Shown here: positions 34,801-48,487 of the stretch, piece after piece
Layout of the letters: each line of letters starts with the position of its first letter
How positions within the stretch are numbered: the stretch's first letter is position 1
From: Macrostomum lignano
Lineage: Eukaryota
Assembly: GCA_002269645.1 (NCBI GenBank)
Contig: NIVC01001313.1
Span: forward strand, 62,001-126,000
Length of the DNA stretch: 64,000 bases
Direction of reading: 5' to 3'
Notes under the pieces: generated by a model
Seen by the model: the letters and a program-made list of their open reading frames with translations, nothing else
Told to the model about the DNA's origin: nothing
Databases searched by the model: none
Translations under genes and position numbers: made by a program

Positions 34801-35842
34801 CTGAGCTATTTTTAGAATGTCATAGAGATGACGCCATACGCCGAGCTATTTTTAGAACGCCATAGCGAATGACGTCAGTCGTTAAGCTATTTCTAGAATA
34901 CCTTGGAAAATTACGTAATTCGTCGCTAAGCGCTTTTAAGAATGGCATGTAAGTCTGAAACCTAGGGAAAAATATTTTCTAATCTTTGGTCGCTTCGAGA
35001 CTTGTAAAACTCGCCAGTCTGCTATGCCTGCGTTTCGATTCGTCTAAGAGAAGGCAAACATTTAAGCTCAAATGTTTGCGTTCTCTGGCCCATCCATCCC
35101 ACGAGTCGCTGTGTACTTGTAGGCCTAAAAGCGAATTACGAGCAGGCGAGTTGATGACTGTCAAGAAACCGGAGCAACCAGTTAGTTTAACAGTAACCCC
35201 CTCATTTCCACAGTTGAAGTTGCGATTTTTTCGAGAAAGCACGAACGACTGATGCTGATTACTGCTGCTTGAGAAACGGAGAAGCAGATAGTCTGAGCTT
35301 GACAAGAGAATCTGACTCACTGCAACTGCAACTGGACTGAGCTGACTCGCTCTAATTTATGGATAATTGCGTGCAGCCTAAAGTAAGACAGACACAGCAG
35401 CTGGTTAAAGGACAGACAGTTGAAAGCTTTGCAAATAGACAATCACATATAGGGTTACTCATACAGAAAAGCCAAATCGACAGGCAGAGATACATACAGA
35501 TAGACTAACAGGCAGAGAGTCATCATTAAGTCAGAAAGACGGACGAAACTAAAGCACACAGAGACAGAAACAGACACACAATTATACGAACGTCAGTTTG
35601 GATGGACTGGACATTACCAGAGACGGACAGATAGACACACAGACCGTTCGTAAGTCTCAGTCCGTTCCCTCCCTCCCCCTCTCTCTCTCCCCTGGCTAAT
35701 AATAATATTTCATATAAGCTAGCTCAATAAAATTTGTGATTTTGCCTGTTTCTCTCTCTCTCTCTCATAGCTACGAGTTCGAGCTAACTATTGCTAGCTA
35801 CTCGAATATCTGTTGCCAGCAAAAACTGCGCACGACACACCC

Positions 35843-35897
<55 letters not shown>

Positions 35898-35904
35898 GAC
35901 AGAC

Positions 35905-35983
<79 letters not shown>

Positions 35984-38900
35984 GACAGACAGAAACAGAC
36001 AGACAGACAGACAGACAGACAGAGACAGACAGACAGAAACAGACAGACAGACAGACAGACAGAAACAGACAGACAGACAGACAGAACACTAACGCAGACG
36101 CAGCAACAGACAGCCAGCTACTACTCATATTCATCCGCAGGCAAGCAGTGAAGCGAGTCCGGTGCCGGACAGACAGCCCGGCAACAACTCTAATTAATGT
36201 GAAAGCCTGCAGGCCGATTGTGCAGGGCTTACGAGCTTATTGGCGAAGCAAATCAAAGCTAACCAACATGGAAAGTTTTCTTGTATAGAGAGAGAAAGAG
36301 GAAAGTTCCCTCAAACTATCTAGAGCAGTTACCCACTCAGATCAACTATCGTGGAGATTTGAGCTCTCCATAAAGTCAGTCGAGTCTCTTAGGAAATTCG
36401 AGCAATATCAGGCTTTGGGAAATTTCCCCCATGACTTGCTAGATAATCAGGGAATTTTGTCAGATTTAACCAACTGCACTGCAACACAACTCACCACACT
36501 GACTAATGCCAGTGTTAAACAGAAGGCGCCGCCAACAACTATCTATACTATGCATACTAGTATACTACTTACAACTAATTAGTTTAATATTCTTTACTGT
36601 CCACACGTAGGTCCTCTCAGTAATCCATTTGTAGATGGAAAATGCTATAACATGCTCATTCAATCCGTAAAACTAAGAAAATGTGGATACTTTATTAACT
36701 TCAGAAACGGTCCAATTCAGTACCAATTTTTCTGGGTTCTCAGGGGCGCGCTTCACAATATGGGTGACAGGGGGAGCTGAAATGGGTGACAGGGGGAGCT
36801 GAAATGGGTGACAGGGGGGGCTGAAATGGGTGACAGGGGGAGCTGAAATGGGTGACAGGGGGGAGCTGAAATGGGTGACAGAGGGAGGTGAAATGGGTGA
36901 CAGGGGGAGCTGAAATGGGTGACAGGGGGAGCTGAAATGGGTGACGGGGGGCTGAAATGGGTGACAGGGGGAGCTGAAATGGGTGCCGGAGAGGGAGCTG
37001 AAATGGGTGACAGGGGGAGCTGAAATGGGTGCCGGAGAGGGAGCTGAAATGGGTGACAGGGGGAGCTGAAATGGGTGACGGGGGGAGCTGAAATTGGTGA
37101 CAGGGGGGGCTGAAATGGGTGACGGGGGGCTGAAATGGGTGACAGGGGGGGGCTGAAATGGGTGACGGGGGGCTGAAATGGGTGACAGGGGTGTGAAATG
37201 GGTGACAGGGGGTGTGAAATGGGTGACGGGGAGCTGAAATGGGTGACAGGGGGTGTGAAATGGGTGACAGGGTGCCCAACAACGGTACAACAAAGCCAAA
37301 GGCGCACCTGAAGCGCTCAATGCGCACACGTATACCCATTAAGTGGATGAATGAATTTATAAACATTGTGAAACGGCAACTCACAGCCTCCATGGGTTCC
37401 AGTTGCAACTGCAGATCCTGCAGCTGCTGCATGAGCTCCTTCTCCTTGGCCAGTTGGTATTCAGGCGTGTTCAGAGCGGAGTGCAGCTGGGAAATCATGG
37501 CCTTCAGATCGGCAAGCTGGTCGACGCTCTCATGAGTCACGACAGGCGACTCCGGCACGGTGACGGCGAAGCGCTGGTCGTTAAGCTGGACATCGAAGTC
37601 GCGGCGGAGCAGACTCTCGATGGAGTCGGAGCCCGCGATGCGGAGGCCGTCTGGTATGTGTGACCAGGTTGGAATTTGGGGATCATTTGGGATTAAGAGT
37701 ATATGGGATTTAAGAGGATTATCTGGAATTTTAGAGGATTATTTTTAGGACTTGAGATTATCTGAGATTCGAGAGGATTATTTAGGATTTTAGAGGATTA
37801 TTTGGGATTTGAGAGGATTATTTGGGATTTGATAGGACTATTTGAGATTTGAGAGGATTATTTAGGATTCGAGAGGATTATTTGGGATTTGAGAGGATTA
37901 TTTGGGATTTGAGAGGATTATTTGGGATTTGAGAGGACAATTTGAGATTTCAGAGGATTATTTAGGATTCGAGAGGATTATTTGGGATTTGAGAGGATTA
38001 TTTGGGATTTGAGAGGATTATTTGGGATTTGAGAGGATTATTTGGGATTTGAGAGGATTATTTGGGATTTGAGAGGATTATTTGGGATTTGAGAGGGTTA
38101 TTTGGGATTTGAGAGGATTATATAGGATTTGAGAGGATTATTTGGGATTTGAGAGGATTATTTGAGATTTGAGAGGATTTTTTGGGATTTGAGAGGATTA
38201 TTTGGGATTTGAGAGGATTATTTAGGATTTGAGAGGATTATTTGGGATTTGAGAGGTTTATTCGTGTTGTAATTTGGGATTATTTGGGATTCAAGAGGAA
38301 TATTATAGGACTTTAAGATTATCTGGGATTTGAGAGGATTATTTAGGACCTGGGGATCGAGTCTGGCGTATGGGCATAACGGAATTTTTGAGGGATTTAA
38401 TGAATGCCCACTTCAATATTAACATGACTGCCATATTTAATTCCTACAATAAACCTTGTTGAACGCAATAAAGTAATAAATCAAATAAAAAGAAAAAATC
38501 CCAAAGTGGGAGAAATATGAATAAAAATCAGATATAAATTATGCATCAAGCCGCAAGCTCGTGCTTGCGAGTCGGGTGGGTGCTGCCCAAATTTTGACAT
38601 TGCATCAATTGAATCTCATTTAGAATGCAACTAAGCAGCTATACTCGAGCTCAAGGGAGATTTTCGGGACTCGTCAAAACACCAGTATGCAGAATGGAAA
38701 GCCTTAAAACCCCATGTTCAAACTCTTTGATTTTAAGAAAAAATTGACCACACTGTGCTGTCTTGTCTTTCTCTCCATTTTCTTCCTGATAAATAATTCA
38801 TTAACAACCTTTCAAAGGACGAAAATAAAAAAGAAAAGCATAATTTGCTTTAGCTTTTTGAACAAATTCAGACAAGAGTTTAGAGGAACCTGAACAGATA

Positions 38901-41900
38901 GAATAAACAGATGGACCTGATGCGTTCACCTTACTCATCCTTAGTTCGAGCTAAGAAGAGAAGGGGAGAGAGAGGTAAGTTGAAACAAATTGAATTATGC
39001 TAATCAATCGATATGCATATCGCATACATACAGATAGATTTACGTAGTTTGGCCCCGTTGTGTCCCGCGAGATGAACTAAGCATACTCAACATGCAAACT
39101 GCAACGAGAAATAAATTACCAAAAGTGTAGAAAAAATTTATGTACTTTTGGCTAAGCCAGAGGATTTTGGTGTCATAGCGCGTGTAATGACACATAAACT
39201 TCAGATTTGGCATACATGAATCTGGACCCCGCAGATGCCAAATGGCACTGCGCGCATAAAAAACTGGTTTTTAATGTGTCACTTTTAATTATGCAGCGGC
39301 TTCCTAAGAGCCACGCAGGGACGCAACAAACTAGGGGGAGGGGCAGGAGGGCGGTGCCCCCTCCAGCCCAATAAATTTACTGTCAACTTAGTATATAGCA
39401 CTACGAGTATATTACAGTATAGCTCTGGCACTCTTTTACAGTATAGCTCTAGCGCTCTTTTACAGTATAGCTCTGGCGCTCTTTTACAGCATAGCTCTGG
39501 CGCTCTTTTACAGTATAGCTCTGGCGCTCTTTTACAGCATAGCTCTGGCGCTCTTTTACAGTATAGCTCTGGCGCTCTTTTACAGCATAGCTCTGGCGCT
39601 CTTTTACAGTATAGCTCTAGCGCTCTTTTACAGCATAGCTCTGGCGCTCTTTTACAGTATAGCTCTAGCGCTCTTTTACAGCATAGCATATCTCTGGCGC
39701 TCTTTTACAGTATAGCTCTAGCGCTCTTTTACAGTATAGCTCTGGCGCTCTTTTACAGCATAGCTCTGGTGCCCTCTTAGTATAGCTCTGGCGCTCTTTC
39801 ACAGTATAGCTCTGGCGCTCTTTCACAGTGTAGCTTTGGCGCTCTTTCACAGTATAGCTCTGGCGCTCTTTCACAGTGTAGCTCTGGCGCTCTTTTGCAG
39901 TGTAGCTCTGGCGCCATCTTACAGTGTAGCTCTGGCGCCATCTTACAGTATAGCTCTGGCGCCATCTTACAGTATAGCTCTGGCGCTCTTTTACAGCATA
40001 GCTCTGGTGCCCTCTCCCAGCAAAGAAAGATTCTACATGTAACTAAGCCCCCTGATGCCGTACGACAATTGATAGTACAGTACTTTTGCATGCTCGCGGT
40101 TGGCTTCACGCATTCGCTGTAATTCACCAATGGCAGTTGGTTGATAATTCTGTCTATAGTACTCGTATATTTATAAGTCTAGATACATGTAGCTACTATC
40201 TAGACACGGGCAGAGCGCCATACCACAGGCAAGGTTTGAAGCGTGGCTGGAGAAAAACACACACACGCGTTCTTTTCTTTCTTTCCATTAGTTACAGGCA
40301 TATACGAGGCTTAAAGCACAGCAGGCTTTGAGTAGAATGGACAATGAATCTCTATGGACGTGTGGGCAGTCGCACAAATTCAGCAGAGCATTAGAGTGAG
40401 TCTTTGAGTTGAATTAACGATAAATATATATGTAGTGAGACAGAAACCCCCCCTCTCTCCTGCCTAACCGTCAGTCATTCACTTTTCTTCGCTTGAACTG
40501 TACAGTGCCAGTGTTCTAAAGAAATTGGGGCGCCATTATTTCGTATCTGACTCACCTTAGCTTGACGGAGTGTGTGTGTGCGCGCGTGTGTGTAGAGCAT
40601 CGAGCATTGAGCTCTGCACTCAGGCAAATCTAAATAAAGACTTCAAGAAAAATATATACAGTATTTTTTCTTTAATAAACTCGTTAAGAATGAGAACGGT
40701 TTTATCTGCCTAGAGTGTCATTTGCTGCAGACCTAAAAACCGACTAACATTAAAGTGTGTCCAAGATTACCTCCTACAGCAGGGGTCGGCAAACTATGAC
40801 TGCGGGACAGAGGGAGAAGACAGGAGAGTGAAGACAAGGGGAGGGGAGGAGCGGAGAGGAGAGAGATGCGAGATGAGAGAGGAGATGAGTAAAGATAGGG
40901 GAGAGGAGAACGGAGAGGAGATTAGAGAGAGCTGAGAAGAGACACAAACATCGAGCGGGCCGAATTGCCATTGTGAAGTTTCAAAGGACCCGAGGGCCGG
41001 ATAGAGAGCTTCGCGGGCCGGATTTTGGCGACCCCTGCCTACAGAAACCGGTTGCACAGTTCATCTTAAGTCTCTACTTAGTTCCGTCTATTACTAAGCT
41101 AATCCTAGCATATCTTAAGATGATTTCTAAGAAATTAACACCTTCCCATAGTAAGTATGGTTCTCCTCGACCAGTAGTTGCAATAAAATCCCTTTACAGT
41201 ACAGTAAGACTTTACTTAGAAGCTTTTATACAACACGCACAATTAACATCAACGCTCTATCCGCATACTACGCTCGTAGTAAGACTATTCATCGTTCATC
41301 TAGAGAGAGAATCTGTGCAACACAGGATGCACTTTAAATTGAAGGCTGAAGCCGTGAGGGGAAGAGAAAGGCTACGCAAAAAGTTTTAGACTGGCCAGAC
41401 CGCTCGATGGTTGGCTGGAAGAGTCAACGTGTGTCGCTTGAAGAAAACCGAAAGAGGATGACCGGTTTAAAGTTTCACCACAGGTTCTGCATACCACCTC
41501 TTCTCTTACAAAGATTTTACAGACTCTCTTAGATACAGGTCTTACAATCAGGGTGTCCGCGCAATTTTCATTTTAGATTTCCAGGTTTTAAGTTAATTAA
41601 CTTTTCGTTTTAGGTCGAATTTCAGTTGAAATTTTAACAGAAATTAGAAAAGTAAGAATATACTAAAACTTTCCCATGACCCAAAATTTGAAAATTGAAA
41701 ACTATTGCTGTTCCACATCCCATAATCCCCATCGTGTATTTCAGCTGCACCGCTGCTGTCCCACACCCCATAATCCCCATTGTGTATTTCAATTGCACTG
41801 CTGCTGTCCCACACCCCATAACCCCCATCCCCATGCTGTCCCACACCCCATAATCCCCATTGTGTACGCTCGTATTTCAGCTACACAGCTGCTGTCCGAC

Positions 41901-43875
41901 ATAACGCAGTATGTTCAACGGCCCCATCATAAAATACAAAATATGAATAAAGAAAACAGTTGCTGTATCCAGCAGTACAACAGACTAATTAATTTTACTA
42001 TTTTTGAAGAAAAAAGTTTGTGAGTAGCAACACTCTCAAAGTGCTTCCAGTCCAGTCGCGCCCTGCAACAGTCATCGATCAAATATGTCAGCCACAGCGA
42101 GACCGCCGTTTTTTTTAAAAAGATAAGCCAAGCCTCAGTCCCTTCAGAGCTACAGCGAATATAGGCAAGAAAAAGCGGCGAAAAAAGGCGAGAAGAAATC
42201 GGGTTAGCCAAGAGCAAACTAGACGGAGACAGGTCCAGCAAGACACTGCTCAAGCGAGTCCAATAATAATAAAGTCAATAAATTGGACTCTTCGGATCAA
42301 AGGCTTGAGGATTTAGCAGGACGGAATTGAGACTTTGTTAATCTCATTAAATAAGAGTGCACCGGTACTGCCCGAGTTCGTGTCATTTCGCCTCTTTTTT
42401 TTTACTCCTTCCATGCGGTGGCCAATCGATCCAGATAGATTGACGGCTGGCTACTACTATACTGTGTTTGGTTACCCGACAAAAAAGCAGATAGCAGTTT
42501 TACCAAACAAGCGGAGCTATAGGCATATAGACATGTACATGTGCCGTGGGTGATTCTAAATAGAGTTTTAGGAAGGACTCATTTTATCATAAGCATTACA
42601 ACAGATGCCATCGTGACTGAATTATATTTTATAAATATTATTCCCATGCTTCAAAATGCATGCTAATCATCGTTTTTATGGTGAACTTGGGGTAAAGAAT
42701 AAAATGCGTAAAAATTGTTTGTGGTGGGGAGTCAGTTCGTAGCTGATGGCGAATCAAAGATCGCTGATAGGGAATCAGAGGCACTGATGGGGAATCAGAG
42801 GCACTGATGGGGAATCAGAGGCACTGATGGGGAATCAGAGGCACTGATGGGGAATCAGAGGCACTGATGGGGAATCAAAGAGGCAGCTGATGGGGAGTCA
42901 AAGAGACAGCTGATGAGGAATCAAAGAGACAGCTGATGAGGAATCAAAGAGACAGCTGATGAGGAATCAAAGACAGCTGATGAGGAATCAAAGAGAGCTG
43001 ATGGGGAATCAAAGAGACGGCTGATGGGGAATCAAATAGACAGCTGATGAGGAATCAAAGAGACAGCTGATGAGGAATCAAAGAGAGCTGATGAGGAATC
43101 AAAGAGAGCTGATGGGGAATCAAAGAAACGGCTGATGGGGAATCAAAGACAGCTGATGAGGAATCCAAGACAGCTGATGAGGAATCAAAGAGAGCTGATG
43201 GGGAATCAAAGAGACGGCTGATGGGGAATCAAAGAGAGTTGATGAGGAATCAAAGAGACAGCTGATGAGGAATCAAAGAGAGCTGATGAGGAATCAAAGA
43301 GACAGCTGATGAGGAATCAAAGAGAGCTGATGAGGAATCAAAGAGAGCTGATAGGGAATCAAAGAAACGGCTGATGGGGAATCAAAGACAGCTGATGAGG
43401 AATCAAAGAGACAGCTGATGAGGAATCAAAGAGAGCTGATGGGGAATCAAAGAGACGGCTGATGGGGAATCAAAGAGAGCTGGTGGGGAATCAAAGAGAC
43501 GGCTGATGGGGAATCTGTTTGGAAATAATGTGTCACTGACGAAGAAGAGCCCATGCGAAATGTTAAGGGTTAAGTGCTGTAATACAGTTGAACAGGGGAC
43601 TCACCAGACGTGTAGAAAATAATCTGCTCAACGCCCCGATCCTCATTGCGAATGCTGGCAGTCAGATCGCTAACCGTATTGGTGAGCGGCTTCATGGTGA
43701 ACTGGCACGCCTTGCCCCGGCTAGGCAGGGGAATGCGGAAGCGGGGCAGGCCGTCTTGGTAAACCACACTAGCGGAAGTGGCTACTGAGCACAGGCTGCG
43801 ATGACAGACAGCAATACCTACCGGTCGCCAGGCAACAGTTGCTAGGCGAAAACTAAATTGACTGCCAGCCAGCAT
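31641..43875 (-). CDS. MCU: Mitochondrial calcium uniporter, 4 exons (43875-43605, 37650-37385, 34620-34417, 31853-31641), 317 aa
   Basis: All junctions are GT-AG and in phase (954 nt). Contains YQDGLP..LPSR..CQFT, a coiled coil, [18 protein letters not shown] pore motif and DLRRLRDPL; basic/hydroxylated N-terminus fits a mitochondrial presequence. Alternative start at 43911. Confidence 0.95.
32000..32840. repeat. 33-bp minisatellite (gcatccagcaaggggattccccaccgcacacaa/cttaa)n
   Basis: Tandem copies with an internal GGGGATTCCCC palindrome; no unique spacers. Confidence 0.93.
33275..34295. repeat. 23-bp minisatellite (gattctcagtgaggtttaggggc)n
   Basis: About 44 tandem copies in MCU intron 3. 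Confidence 0.96.
34417..34620 (-). CDS. MCU: MCU exon 3 (TM1-pore-TM2)
   Basis: [68 protein letters not shown]. Confidence 0.97.
34680..34920. repeat. ~41-bp tandem repeat carrying TGACGTCA
   Basis: gagctatttttagaatgttatagagaaTGACGTCAgccgct, 5-6 copies. Confidence 0.9.
35842..36088. repeat. (GACA)n microsatellite
   Basis: Long agac repeat with occasional agagac interruptions. Confidence 0.98.
36762..37272. repeat. 22-bp G-rich minisatellite (gggggagctgaaatgggtgaca)n
   Basis: About 23 copies in MCU intron 2. Confidence 0.96.
37385..37650 (-). CDS. MCU: MCU exon 2
   Basis: [19 protein letters not shown]...[35 protein letters not shown]. Confidence 0.93.
37665..38350. repeat. 20-bp minisatellite (gagaggattatttgggattt)n
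   Basis: Tandem copies abutting the exon 2 acceptor region of MCU. Confidence 0.95.
39415..40016. repeat. 24-bp minisatellite (cagtatagctctggcgctctttta)n
   Basis: About 25 copies. Confidence 0.96.
40780..41037. mobile_element. hAT (Charlie-type)-like MITE with an internal GA-rich tract
   Basis: TIR CAGGGGTCGGCAAA...TTTGGCGACCCCTG; cctacag duplicated on both sides (7 bp). Confidence 0.8.
41700..41865. repeat. ~48-bp tandem repeat
   Basis: ccacaccccataatccccattgtgtatttcaattgcactgctgctgtc, 3-4 copies. Confidence 0.85.
42740..43515. repeat. 21-23-bp minisatellite (gctgatgaggaatcaaagaga[ca])n
   Basis: Tandem copies near the MCU exon 1 donor. Confidence 0.95.
43605..43875 (-). CDS. MCU: MCU exon 1
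   Basis: [17 protein letters not shown]...[27 protein letters not shown]...[13 protein letters not shown]; GTGAGT donor. Confidence 0.92.
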
Positions 43876-45323
43876 GTTGATAAGTAGGACTGGGGTTGAC
43901 GTGTGGCGCATGCGTGTTATTTAAACAGGCTTACTTTTGCTTACATAATTCATGTTCTACAATAATAAAGCATGTTTATTAACAATATGTTTAAAATATC
44001 AAATAATGCAACACTTTTAGTTTAAGAGATTTTACTAATTGCAGTATTAACATTAACAGGCAAACATAAGACATATATGTATCTAATATGTATCAATGAA
44101 AAGCACATTTTAAACAGATTTATCTAATAAATTAGGGATATAAGCACTTGGCAGCTATATTATCCCAAGATCAGAGGGTCACCGTTTTTGTAATTCCACT
44201 GCCCTGAGACAATTTTCTTGCCTTGGGATTATATTACTACTCTATATTAATTGTTGTCTTGTGGCAATTCTTGCTTTTGAGTGGCCTTAACTCTAAAAAA
44301 TGAACAAGCCTATAGAATACTGTGGATAGTTAATTTAACATGAGAACAACTTTATTAGCTTATATCAGAAGAACAAATTTGTAAGCTCACAAGCAAGAGA
44401 TAAGTTGCTCTCCTTTGGCCTTCCCTGACCCTCTATTTATACTATAGTTTTGAAGTAATTTTAAACAAAACAAATATTTTCTAAAACAATGCTGTTTAAA
44501 CAAAGTTAATGGAATTATGAATGTGCAGTTTTCTAAGAAAGTAAATTGTAACAAAATATAAAGTATTAAGTGTGCATAGAAATATTATTATTTATTATAA
44601 TGTACTACCTCAAAAGCCAATATAACAATTATTTTGTTATTCTTAACTAATTATTTGTTTTAGATATACTTCAAATTTTGATAAAATTTATACTGTTTTT
44701 ACTTTTTTAGTAAACTAGCTTTGTTGCTCCTGGTATTTACCTTTAATTCAATCAGCCAGCCATACATTTATTACTTAGTAAAGCCAAGTTTCTAATCTTT
44801 TCTTTCTATGGTAAATTTATACTGCAGAAGTGAAGTCCCTAAAAATACTAATAAATTCAAAATCTCACTTGACTTACTACCCTAGGCCTACTTATAAAAA
44901 TGTATCTACATAAAGTATATTTATGTATTATATCTTTATATAATATAGGAATGGCATAAATACAGAATGCTGATACATATATACTGTATCTTAGTATAAT
45001 AATAAAAAACAAACTTTTTATTACTTCAAATCTAGGCACTCATTATTTACATGGTAGGTACGTATAATAGTGCCAGTGTTATTTACATGGTAACTAAAAT
45101 AAAAACTTGTTTTATATACTGTGTAGCACTTATAGCTATGGTCTAGTAACATTTGACTACCAATCTATCCTTTTTAAGGCAAATCAGTTGCATTCTTGTT
45201 TGTTTGTTTTGAAACACCCTTTGTACCTTGCATTATAAATAGTACAAGCACTACAAGTTAATAAAAAATGCTAGGCTATAAACATATAAATCACAGCTAA
45301 ATTCTATCTACCAACTTTTTTCA

Positions 45324-45676
45324 TTAGAGGCAGGGGGGTTATGTGCACCCTGGTGCACTTTAAGCGACATAGGCATACAACCGGCAAAAGGCATTGCTGC
45401 CCATTCCACCGACTCCCCAAGTAGGCAAACAAACGCGTGGATACATACGTAGGCACACACTCACATAGGAGTGTACAGCAGCCCTAACTTTATATTATCA
45501 TTAGGCATATACATTTCATTGCACCTTAGGGGGTTGGCTTTCAAGGCTGTTAATTGAATGAGCAGAGCCAAGCCAAGATTCCAATTCAGCCCCAAATTAA
45601 TGTGACTGCACTTGGAATCGAGCCTAGGTTACTGGCACACTAGAGCCTGCGCTAGACTGCTAGGCTACGGCTCCCC
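45324..45676 (-). mobile_element. tRNA-derived SINE, copy B (full length)
   Basis: Reverse complement of copies A and D from ggggagccgtagcctagcagtctagcgc to cccctgcctctaa. Confidence 0.88.
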
Positions 45677-46052
45677 ATCTAGGCCTATGGACTTTATTTA
45701 GTTTAAACTCATTATAAAAATAAAAGATACATAGACAAATAGTAGGTAGTCCCTGATAAGATAGGCCTAACTTATCAGTTGATACAGTGAGATTGATTAA
45801 CTGATAGAGTGAGATTGAACACTTGATACAATGAGACTGATTAGCTGATAGAGCATTTAAAAGTTAAATAGGGGCCTATCATATATACTTCTAGAATCCT
45901 CAACAGCAACAACTTCAATAGCCACAGCAGCATCCAAGGCACCAAAGCATTTATAAGGTATTTATTTCAATGACCATATAAATAACACCAGCACTATTTA
46001 CACGGTACCATGCAAATAACAACTACCTCTAATCCATGCTATACCTATACTA

Positions 46053-46095
46053 AATCCTATATACTAAATCCCTAATCTATGTTTGTCTGTCTGTG
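46053..46095 (+). mobile_element. Isolated Helitron-like 5' end
   Basis: tcctatatactaaa followed by gtttgtctgtctgt, as in units 3 and 4; no clear 3' end found. Confidence 0.35.
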
Positions 46096-48487
46096 TAAAA
46101 TGCTCTATAGATTGAAAATCTTGCTTGTATGCATTGCATACTAAATATAATTATTTAATTAGATCACTAACATGACCCACAAGACTGAAAAGGCCTAGGC
46201 CTAACCTACTCTAGTTTAAATTAAGTATAGAACAAAAGTAGGCCAATAGCCTAGTTTTAGAGCTGATTATTCTTATAATCTATATTCCAGCCTTAAGAAT
46301 TCATTTTAAATCGACAATTTTTCTTGTTAAGACTATGACTAAGTCATCTACTCATCTTTATAATATCTGAGCTAAAAATTAATTTAAAATGATAAAATAT
46401 CTGAAAGACAGATATATAAATTTCTATTGGAAACCTGCCATAAATGGACTAAAACTTTAGAGTCAGATAGTGCGAGAAATTCTGAATAAGTTTGTAAGAA
46501 TTTAATTTATGTAAAGTCTAAAGAAGTAAATGTCAATGATTAATTATACATATCGAGCTTAATAATCGCACGATTATAAGTTAAAAAAGTAGCTTTTAAT
46601 TAATTCTACTTACAAAAGTTTTAACCGTATACTCAACTACATACAAAAATAACTTTTTTATATAAACTTTAAAGTAAGAAAAAGGAAATTTATACCTAAA
46701 CTTACGCTAACTTTTGTTTTAAAAAAGATTTTACATCGCCCGGTTTTAACTGTGAAAACAGCTTGGGGCTTTTCACATTACCAATTCCAGAACCAGAATC
46801 GATTCGGATCTTCCAAGAAAAAAAGCAGTATAACTATTTAACTTTGGTGAATGTTTGATTGCCTTACAGCTTCACTTTGCACAATTTTTCACTTTCTTCT
46901 TGGCTATTGCCATTCAATAATCACAACTTTAAAGCACTTATATTCCTCTAGTTTAGGAGACAAAAAGTTATACTTTACAAATTGGATCTGGTTCTAGAAC
47001 CAGAACAAGCAATATGAAAAGGCCCCTTGTAACACGTGTCCTGCTGACGAAAAGGCTTTTGACGAAATATCCTGGAACCGACAAAATGCATTAATTCTAT
47101 TTAAGAGCTACGACTCCTACGAGAGTATCATGTTTGAAAATTGAATCAAAAAAATATTTAAAGCGTAATACTTTACTGTTAAAAGCTTATATACCTACAC
47201 AGACTTAGCGTACATTGACAAATGTCCGTAGGTTGAAAGAGAGGTTGGTTAACGCTGCCGTAATTGTGATCCTTTCGTCTGACAGGAAACCAGAAATATT
47301 AAATTCTTAAGTTTACTTCTCAAGCTTTGAGTCGATCTATAATGTAGGTATAGGCATATGAAGTTTTTACTAAAATAGTATGGTAATTGCACATGTACAT
47401 GCGTGCTTTGTATACACACAGTCATGTATGCAACATTTATTGTACATACAGTACACGTAGGCAAATTTTTTGTCGTACACAGAAAAGCTTATGCAGCACG
47501 TGTATGTATAAAATATTCTTTCATTCAAACGGCGACGGACGAAAGACGGTAAAACATAACGTTTCCGGATTGTTTAATTAGTGTTAAAAAATTAGGTGGG
47601 CTTAGGCTACTACGAATTAAAAGTCTGTATAATAGCTATAGCTCCTAGGTCGTCACTTTTTGAAAAGTAGAAGTGAACCCGATCTATAAGCTTTGTTTCA
47701 CATAATGCAAATACATGAACTACTGTACTTAAATTAATCACTACAGGCATTGAATATTGATTAAGTACAGCAACAACAAAATACGCGACCCTGCATGCAA
47801 AGTCACAGCAGGCACACATGCACTGTACGCTGCGTGAATTTTTTAATTTGTAATGAATCATTATAATGTAATAAGATTCTCTGGTTTCGATCGCCTTCGA
47901 CTGACAGTCAGCAGGTTCGAAAGCCATAAAAACTTATATTTTCGCCCACTTCTGCGCCTTTATAGACACAGACTGACCACAGCCGGCAGGCGGCAGCAAT
48001 CCTTTACAAGCGCGACATATGCCGTGGTCATAGATATATAAAAGGGAACAATAAGCATCTCATGCATGTATGTCCTTTTCCGGCAGCAATTGCAATATTA
48101 AGCTTCAGCCAAAGGGCGTACACATGCTTACAGTGTGACGGCAGGTTTCCGGTGCAGGCAATGGATTTAAAGAAATGTTAGAAACATTAGAAAATATCTA
48201 TTGCATGTAAAATATTTATTTTTTATCGTTGTCATGAATACAATAAAGAGGAATGTAGTACAAATAACAATTAGGTTACATTTAGGGGTTGGACTTATCA
48301 GCACTTAAGAACGACTCTCAGTTCCCATTCATTTACGGGTACATGCACGCTCGTATATCCCCATGACCTATCAAACACTGAGAATTTCAGACAATCTCTG
48401 GTGTCCTAAAAGAAGGTTCCAGAATAGCGGCGGGCACTATGAAGCAGCTGTTCAAATAATTTAACAAAAAATCAGTCTTTACTTTCA

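Noticed and set aside
36673-37558. 272-aa Pro-rich ORF as a single gene
   Set aside because: Only the part above 37385 is MCU exon 2; the rest reads through an intron and a 22-bp array.
38927-38955. Possible MCU micro-exon with a polypyrimidine tract
   Set aside because: The 4-exon model is already complete and in phase; the candidate does not fit the phase-1 intron without a frameshift or stop.
39316-41600. hAT-like left ends CAGGGACGCAAC (39316) and CAGGGTGTCCGC (41549)
   Set aside because: No matching right ends or TSDs found.
46766-47027. Possible Harbinger-like MITE (ggggcttttcacatt...aatatgaaaaggcccc)
   Set aside because: Arms are only weakly complementary and there is no convincing TSD.
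43536-47075. Other CTGACGA...GAAA hammerhead-like hits (43536 and 47049)
   Set aside because: Stems I and II cannot form.
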